Below are positions 62,211 to 64,000 of a stretch of 64,000 nt of DNA, piece by piece. Source of the stretch: Eutreptiella sp. 'Long Island Sound 2002'. Taxonomy: Eukaryota; Protista; Euglenida. Location of the stretch: positions 199,764,001 through 199,828,000 of the forward strand of contig OZ038378.1 in the NCBI GenBank assembly GCA_964036045.1, given 5' to 3'. The position numbers were made by a program, and so were the translations under genes. The notes beneath the pieces were generated by a model that did not search any database, had not been told where the DNA came from, and saw only the letters and a program-made list of their open reading frames with translations. The first letter of the stretch is position 1. Every line of letters starts with the position of its first letter.

Positions 62211-63017
62211 CGGGTGCATGTTTTGTGGGCTGTATTTTCCTCCGCCGTTTGGTGTACCAATGGTGGAGCGTATAAGATTGCTATAATATTGGCCCCATGC
62301 CAGTGCCTTGGTGGCCTATAATGGTGGCAGTAGCGTTGGCCATGGCCCTGTCGGGACTCTTTTTCTTGAGCCTGATTTTGTTCCCAGTGCAGGCACACTG
62401 GATGTTGGCCATGGCCCTGTCAGGACTCTTCTCTTGGGCCTGATTTTGAGTCTAGTGCCAATGACAACATGTGAAACTATGTTATATTGGCCGAGTCCCA
62501 ACTAATTGGTGGCCACGCAGAGTACTATGTGCTTTGTGGACTCGGCGTCCCATCGTTAAGGTCGCTATGGGGTGCCGTACGGAACCGGCAGCTGTACATA
62601 TTGCGCATGTATTGCAAAGGTTGGATTTCTTTCAATTTTTCAATTTTTTTTATAATTTACACGACTTACAGCAAAAAAAAAAAAATTACACGACTTACCG
62701 CAAAAATTAAAAAATTCAATTTTTTTTTATAATTCACACGACTTACAGCAAAAAAAAAAAATTACACGACTTACAGCATAAAAAAAAAAATTACACGACT
62801 ATACGGTTTTTTTGTACACGACTTACATTTTTCACCTTGTAAAATCATTATTTTACCCAATAAGACAATCCCCCAATGGATTTTTTGATTCTGAGGCCTC
62901 TATCCCCTAAAACTGGATATCACTTTTTTGAGGGGGGGGGGGGGGGGGTAGGGGGTGGGGGGGGTCAAAAGTTTTCGCTCAAAAGGCCACACAGTGGGGA
63001 GACGCTGTACTGTAACA

Positions 63018-63160
63018 ACCCAGCCTGCTCGACTGGTAACGCAACCAACCACAGACTTTTAGGTCAGCGGTTCGAATGCTGCTGGGTGGACCCGACCGGG
63101 GTTTGAACCGCCGACGAAAACGTCAGCGATCGGCTGCATTACCGTTCGGCCACCACTTGC
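63018..63160. mobile_element. Two homologous tRNA-like (SINE-head) units in convergent, tail-to-tail orientation
   Basis: Plus strand: ACCCAGC..GCTCGACTGGTAACGC..GCGGTTCGAAT..GCTGGGT. Minus strand: GGCCGAACGGTAATGC..GCGGTTCAAACCC. Confidence 0.6.
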
Positions 63161-63342
63161 ACCGCAAACCCCATTTCTTCCCCACTGCTTACGGCTGCGT
63201 CTGCCACTGACAACAAACCCAAACTGTGTGTTTCTGTCTGACTGACTGACTACTGGCGTGGCTAACTGACTGATTGGCTGACTGTCAGCCTCTCTTCGAG
63301 GTGCACTGCCGAAGGCAATAGAATTTTCAGAAAATTGGATGG

Positions 63343-63576
63343 GTGCACAACACTTGTGCCAAGCGAAAGGACAAGGGTGCCAAGCGACAGAAAACAGATG
63401 TGTGTGATGCTGAGGTACCCTCTAATCCTGAGTCAGTGCCCGATGAGGCACTGTCTGATCATTTGTCTGATGTCTCCCATTCAGACAGTGACGCAGATTC
63501 CTCATCATCATCAGGTTCCGCCTCTACTTCCATTACAGATGGAGCCTCTAGTTCAGGGGAGTCTAATTCTGATTGA
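63343..63576 (+). other. Lys-rich then Ser/Asp-rich ORF relic next to the G/C-run motif
   Basis: KRKDKGAKRQK...SDSDADSSSSSGS...SGESNSD*. Confidence 0.3.
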
Positions 63577-64000
63577 CCATGGAGATCACTGTGATTTGGC
63601 ATGAGATGGCGAATGTGCAGCTTTTTTGTATATGTTGTGTATTAGTTAGATGACGGAACCCTGAATTGACCTGCAAGGATGAATTGGCTTTGTTTACTTC
63701 AGACAAGATGGCATTTCCATGTGCCGAGTGGTTCATTGCCCACTAAATTTTCTGTTCCCTGTGGACTGGGTACGTTCTGACAGGGGGTGGGGTTTCCCCT
63801 GGACCCCCCCCCCCCCCCCGCTCAAGCAAGTCCCCAGGGAGGGCCCCGGGGGCCCTGGCCTTGAGGGAGGGCATCAACATAAAGCGGTCGAAACTGGATG
63901 ACGGTGCTGAGTCGTGTTTGGTCGCACTGGGACCGGCCACTGCCTCTGCATCGTAGCAGAAGGCCGTCGACGGCGGTTGGTGGTCGCGTGTGGGGGTGAA

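Larger units (their letters stand above)
60240..62850. mobile_element. Foldback-like element of about 2.6 kb whose ends are built from TTACACGACTTACAGC(A)n subrepeats
   Basis: Arrays at 60250-60775 and 62655-62830; outer segments (AACCGTATAG / CTATACGGTT) are inverted; 40-bp perfect palindrome at 60342-60381. Confidence 0.6.

Overview
Repeat-rich, intron-containing eukaryotic nuclear DNA, most likely from a photosynthetic euglenid. This is inferred from a class I two-transmembrane plastid-targeting presequence and from pyrimidine-tract/AG acceptors a few bases upstream of start codons, as expected with spliced-leader trans-splicing. I could assemble five phase-consistent GT-AG gene models by hand: (1) thioredoxin, minus strand, 2 exons; (2) a 481-aa hypothetical coiled-coil protein, minus strand, 6 exons; (3) a 593-aa protein joining N-terminal (I/V)xGYTGH repeats to a calcyphosin-type EF-hand module, plus strand, 4 exons; (4) a rearranged dynein-heavy-chain-like gene, plus strand, in which an AAA4-end/stalk-less/AAA5 unit is fused in frame to a dynein tail segment, followed by decayed tail exons; (5) the first exon of a plastid-targeted protein, plus strand. 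Introns and intergenic DNA hold Penelope-like and non-LTR retroelement relics, TIR/foldback elements, tRNA-derived SINE heads, a poly(A)/TSD retro-insertion, and micro- and minisatellites. No rRNA, intact tRNA or CRISPR array was found. All family assignments come from motif recognition by eye and from memory; no database searches were run. Most entries in the supplied ORF track are spurious.
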